Part shown: one piece after another, positions 15,393 through 18,101 of the stretch
How the letters are laid out: each line of letters opens with the position of its first letter
How positions within the stretch are numbered: the first letter of the stretch is position 1
DNA from: Planctomycetota bacterium
GTDB lineage: Bacteria; Planctomycetota; UBA8108; UBA1146
Direction: 5' to 3'
Length of the DNA: 18,101 nucleotides
Assembly (NCBI GenBank): GCA_036338595.1
Contig: JAYZBV010000010.1
Coordinates: 1-18,101 of the forward strand
Position numbers and translations under genes: made by a program
The notes under the pieces: generated by a model
Databases searched by the model: none
Seen by the model: the letters and a program-made list of their open reading frames with translations, nothing else
Told to the model about the DNA's origin: nothing

Positions 15393-16832
15393 CTATCCGT
15401 TCTCGACCAGGTATTCCGGATCGTTCTCATCGAACTTCCGCTCGAACCGTTCCTCCATCGCCGGAGCAAAACGGCTGGCGACATGCTGCTCGTAGAGTTT
15501 CTCGTAACAACTCTCCTCCAGCACTCCCTGAAGCCCGCGGATCCTGTGTAGCAGATGATCGCGATCCGATTCCTCGAGGTGATTCACCGCATACGAGAGC
15601 AGGTTGCCCAGCGCATGCATCATCAAGGCCGGGTTCTGGATCATGTGGATTCGCTCGAGCACATTGTCGAAAGCAGCCCTCGTCGGCGGATCACTACTGA
15701 TGAAGAACCAGGTCTGCAGCAGCAGCGCCCGCGAACGCATCGGGAAGCAACCACGCTCCCCCGCCTCCTCGATGAGGCTACGAATGATCGCCCAGGCCAT
15801 GCGCAAATCATCCTGGAACAGCGCATAGGTGCCGAGTGCAATCTTGGTTTCCAGCAGGCCTTCATGACATGGAGGTTCAATGGTGCGGAAGAAGTCGAGC
15901 GCCTGCCGCAACAACCGCTCACCGTCCTCGTAACGCTCTTCCAGAGTCGCCAGCTCTCCTTCACGGAGGTACTGGAAGCCCTGTAAACGAGAATCACGGC
16001 TCGAGACATCGGGAAGCAGTTCAGAAGATGCCTCGAGTTCGGCTCTGGCAATATCCGACAGTTTGGAATCGAGGGCGCACTGTGCGGAGTTGAGGTAGTT
16101 GACCGCGAGTGTCGTCCAGTCGCATGTGTGGACAAGGCGGTTTCTCAAGTCGCTATCTTGCCAGATTTGAAGAGCCTGATCCGGTTGCCCTGATTCTCGG
16201 AGTAGTTTTGCGAAGATGAACTGAGAGCGAGTTGCGCAGCCAAAGTTCAATCCGGAAGCCGTAGAAAACACACGAGTCAATTTCTCATGAGCAGACTTGA
16301 AGTCGCCCATCATGAAGGCTGCTTCAGCCTGGACAAAGTCAAACAACGTTTCGCACCAGATGGACATCACTCCTGCTTCGATCACCGGCACATTTGCTTT
16401 GAATGCAGAGAGCAGCTCAGCAGTTTCACCCGCATGGCTCTGGTAATTGGAGCGGCGGCATTCCAGATAGATCGAGTAGAAATGTAGTGGTGAATTGTAA
16501 GGAAGGTAGTTCCGAATCGTCTGGTAATGGGTGCTGTGATTTCGAACTGATATCGAGAAGACGTTTTGCCGTTTCAGGAAATAGGCACAACAGATTTCTC
16601 TGGCGGTCATGGTCGGAGCGATGTCTGAATTCAAGAGAAGTGGAAGAATCTCATCGACGGTGGCAAATAGGCACTTCTCAGTAGCAGATAGAAAGTGGTC
16701 GGTGTCCCTGTAACCCAGTTTTGAAACGATGGTCGGGTGTTCCATCGCCATCGTGTGCCGTTGTTCCAGTCTGGAGAAGGCGATCCACGCCGCCTGTTGG
16801 TATGAGTCGGCTTCTGGAGTGCGGAGGCTCAT
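15393..16832 (-). CDS. Hypothetical alpha-helical (TPR-like) protein, 479 aa
   Basis: The true start is most likely ATG 16832 (MSLRTPEADSY...). It has a GGAGGT Shine-Dalgarno and overlaps the upstream stop (ATGA). The C-terminal two-thirds shows TPR-like helices (AKLLRESGQPDQALQIW, GELATLEERYEDGERLLRQALDFF). Confidence 0.72.
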   Translation of the reverse strand: MSLRTPEADSYQQAAWIAFSRLEQRHTMAMEHPTIVSKLGYRDTDHFLSATEKCLFATVDEILPLLLNSDIAPTMTAREICCAYFLKRQNVFSISVRNHSTHYQTIRNYLPYNSPLHFYSIYLECRRSNYQSHAGETAELLSAFKANVPVIEAGVMSIWCETLFDFVQAEAAFMMGDFKSAHEKLTRVFSTASGLNFGCATRSQFIFAKLLRESGQPDQALQIWQDSDLRNRLVHTCDWTTLAVNYLNSAQCALDSKLSDIARAELEASSELLPDVSSRDSRLQGFQYLREGELATLEERYEDGERLLRQALDFFRTIEPPCHEGLLETKIALGTYALFQDDLRMAWAIIRSLIEEAGERGCFPMRSRALLLQTWFFISSDPPTRAAFDNVLERIHMIQNPALMMHALGNLLSYAVNHLEESDRDHLLHRIRGLQGVLEESCYEKLYEQHVASRFAPAMEERFERKFDENDPEYLVENG

Positions 16833-17614
16833 GGCTGCACCTCCAGATCCAGAAATCCCCCGCCTGCGGTAGGCTGCCAGGAGATCTCGGTTCGCCAGTA
16901 GGTGGCGATACCGTTGGGGGGTTGTTCTTGACCGGTGAGAAGCAGGCAAACCCGTTTTCCCTCTCGCCAGGTCTTGAGATGGTCGATGCGGGTATCGGCT
17001 AGTTCGAGCCATTGCCGAAGCGGCAGCAACTCTGTCGGGGTCGCGCCCTCTTCCATCCAGTCGCACACCTGCAACAGCAGATCCAGCTCCTGAACCGACC
17101 CGATGATCGAAGCCGATCGTCGAGAGGCAGTCGCCGGGTACTCCTGCATGACAAAGGTATCCTCGGCCAGATCGGGCGGCGCCGTGTTGTCCTGGTGCAG
17201 GTAGCCCCAGCGAGAAACGCTGGTCGAAGGCAGCCACGGTCCATTCCCCAGGCCGAGCGGAGCCGGATCACCCTCGATGCGAATCGCACCGAGATAGACA
17301 TCGGAGCCGTTGGCGCTGACCACCCTGCTGAAGCGTAATCGGGTGATGTCATGTCGAGCCAGCAGGTGCGGCACCAGGTAGCCATCTCGCATCGACTTCA
17401 ACGAGTTCCCCATGCACATCATCTGCGGGGGAGTGGTGATCACTGTTTCGTCGGGTTCCCCGGGTCCCTGCCCCCATGAAACAGCGGGCAAGAGAACGAA
17501 ACTGGCGATCAAAAGAAAAAACACACGCATGGAAAGACATCGGACACGCGTCGGTCCCCGGACAGGGTTCCACGTGTCGGACCTCATGCGGTCAGACGAA
17601 ACGGTGCCACTCAT
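16829..17614 (-). CDS. Hypothetical exported/membrane-anchored protein
   Basis: GGGAGGT Shine-Dalgarno before ATG 17614 (alternative ATG 17530). Signal-like segment MRVFFLLIASFVLLPAVSWG-Q. It is translationally coupled to the downstream gene. No family was recognised. Confidence 0.65.
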   Translation of the reverse strand: MSGTVSSDRMRSDTWNPVRGPTRVRCLSMRVFFLLIASFVLLPAVSWGQGPGEPDETVITTPPQMMCMGNSLKSMRDGYLVPHLLARHDITRLRFSRVVSANGSDVYLGAIRIEGDPAPLGLGNGPWLPSTSVSRWGYLHQDNTAPPDLAEDTFVMQEYPATASRRSASIIGSVQELDLLLQVCDWMEEGATPTELLPLRQWLELADTRIDHLKTWREGKRVCLLLTGQEQPPNGIATYWRTEISWQPTAGGGFLDLEVQP

Positions 17615-18101
17615 GGCGCACCTCCCGAGTTGTATTGAGACCAGAGCCCTGGTGCAGTCCGGTGAAAGTGATATCAAGAACCGATATCAAAACACCGCCT
17701 GCAACTCCTCTTCCGGTCACGGTCCAGTGGCGGGCTGAACCGGCGCCTCTCCCTCATGCAAAACAGGGAAAGAACTCCCGACAGCGCCAACCTACACCGC
17801 CCAAACCCCCAATTGCAAGAACGCAATTCCCCCCTCCCCGGCCCTGCCCGGAAACAACACGGTTACTGCACGCACCACCTGAATTCGGTACCCTGTAGCG
17901 TCTCCTGAATGGATATGCACCAGATCGGGCTCGATTCGAATACCGGCATACCCACACAGAAGCCACAACCTGGACCGAAACCCCGCCCATCACCGTCCGG
18001 CTTCGGACGGAGTGCGCGGCAATTACAGAGACGTTATTCGAACAATAAAAAATAAACGGCACCAGAAAGGCACCGACCATGACCTCTCCAGAATTCGGAT
18101 C

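Noticed and set aside
16833..17237. N-terminal extension of the 614-aa ORF
   Set aside because: It overlaps the upstream gene in another frame. ATG 16832 has a GGAGGT Shine-Dalgarno and an ATGA overlap.
17754..18080. 108-aa - strand ORF, and + strand ORF 17476..17898
   Set aside because: The translations are Gly/Val- or Pro-biased, reflecting the local strand skew. There are no motifs or clear Shine-Dalgarno.
1..18101. tRNA, rRNA, transposase, integrase or defence-system genes
   Set aside because: None was recognisable by eye. tRNA-Sec and the sel genes must lie outside the window if they exist.

Overview
Gene-dense, moderately GC-rich bacterial window. The ASPIC/UnbV + TPR pair and the general gene content suggest Planctomycetota/PVC, but this is inference only. 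From left to right it holds: a truncated membrane-protein gene (-); a + strand run of proline dehydrogenase, Nudix hydrolase, a 4-TM protein and a BCP-type peroxiredoxin; a - strand run of a DUF1801 protein with a histone-like tail, a Tat-exported FAD oxidoreductase and a phytol/dolichol-kinase-like membrane enzyme; a + strand run of a small membrane protein, a divergent PlsY and a GNAT(N-acyltransferase)-class V aminotransferase fusion; an FG-GAP/ASPIC-UnbV lipoprotein and a TPR protein; two exported hypothetical genes, each followed by a copy of the same hairpin repeat; and a coupled - strand pair of unknown genes. Two observations stand out. (1) The plsY-like + acyltransferase/aminotransferase operon is a candidate pathway for amide-linked, serinol-backbone (N,O-diacylserinol) phospholipids. 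(2) The peroxiredoxin's catalytic Cys codon is an in-frame TGA followed by a SECIS-like hairpin, so it is probably an exported selenoprotein that the ORF track splits in two. All family calls come from motif recognition by eye; no searches were run.
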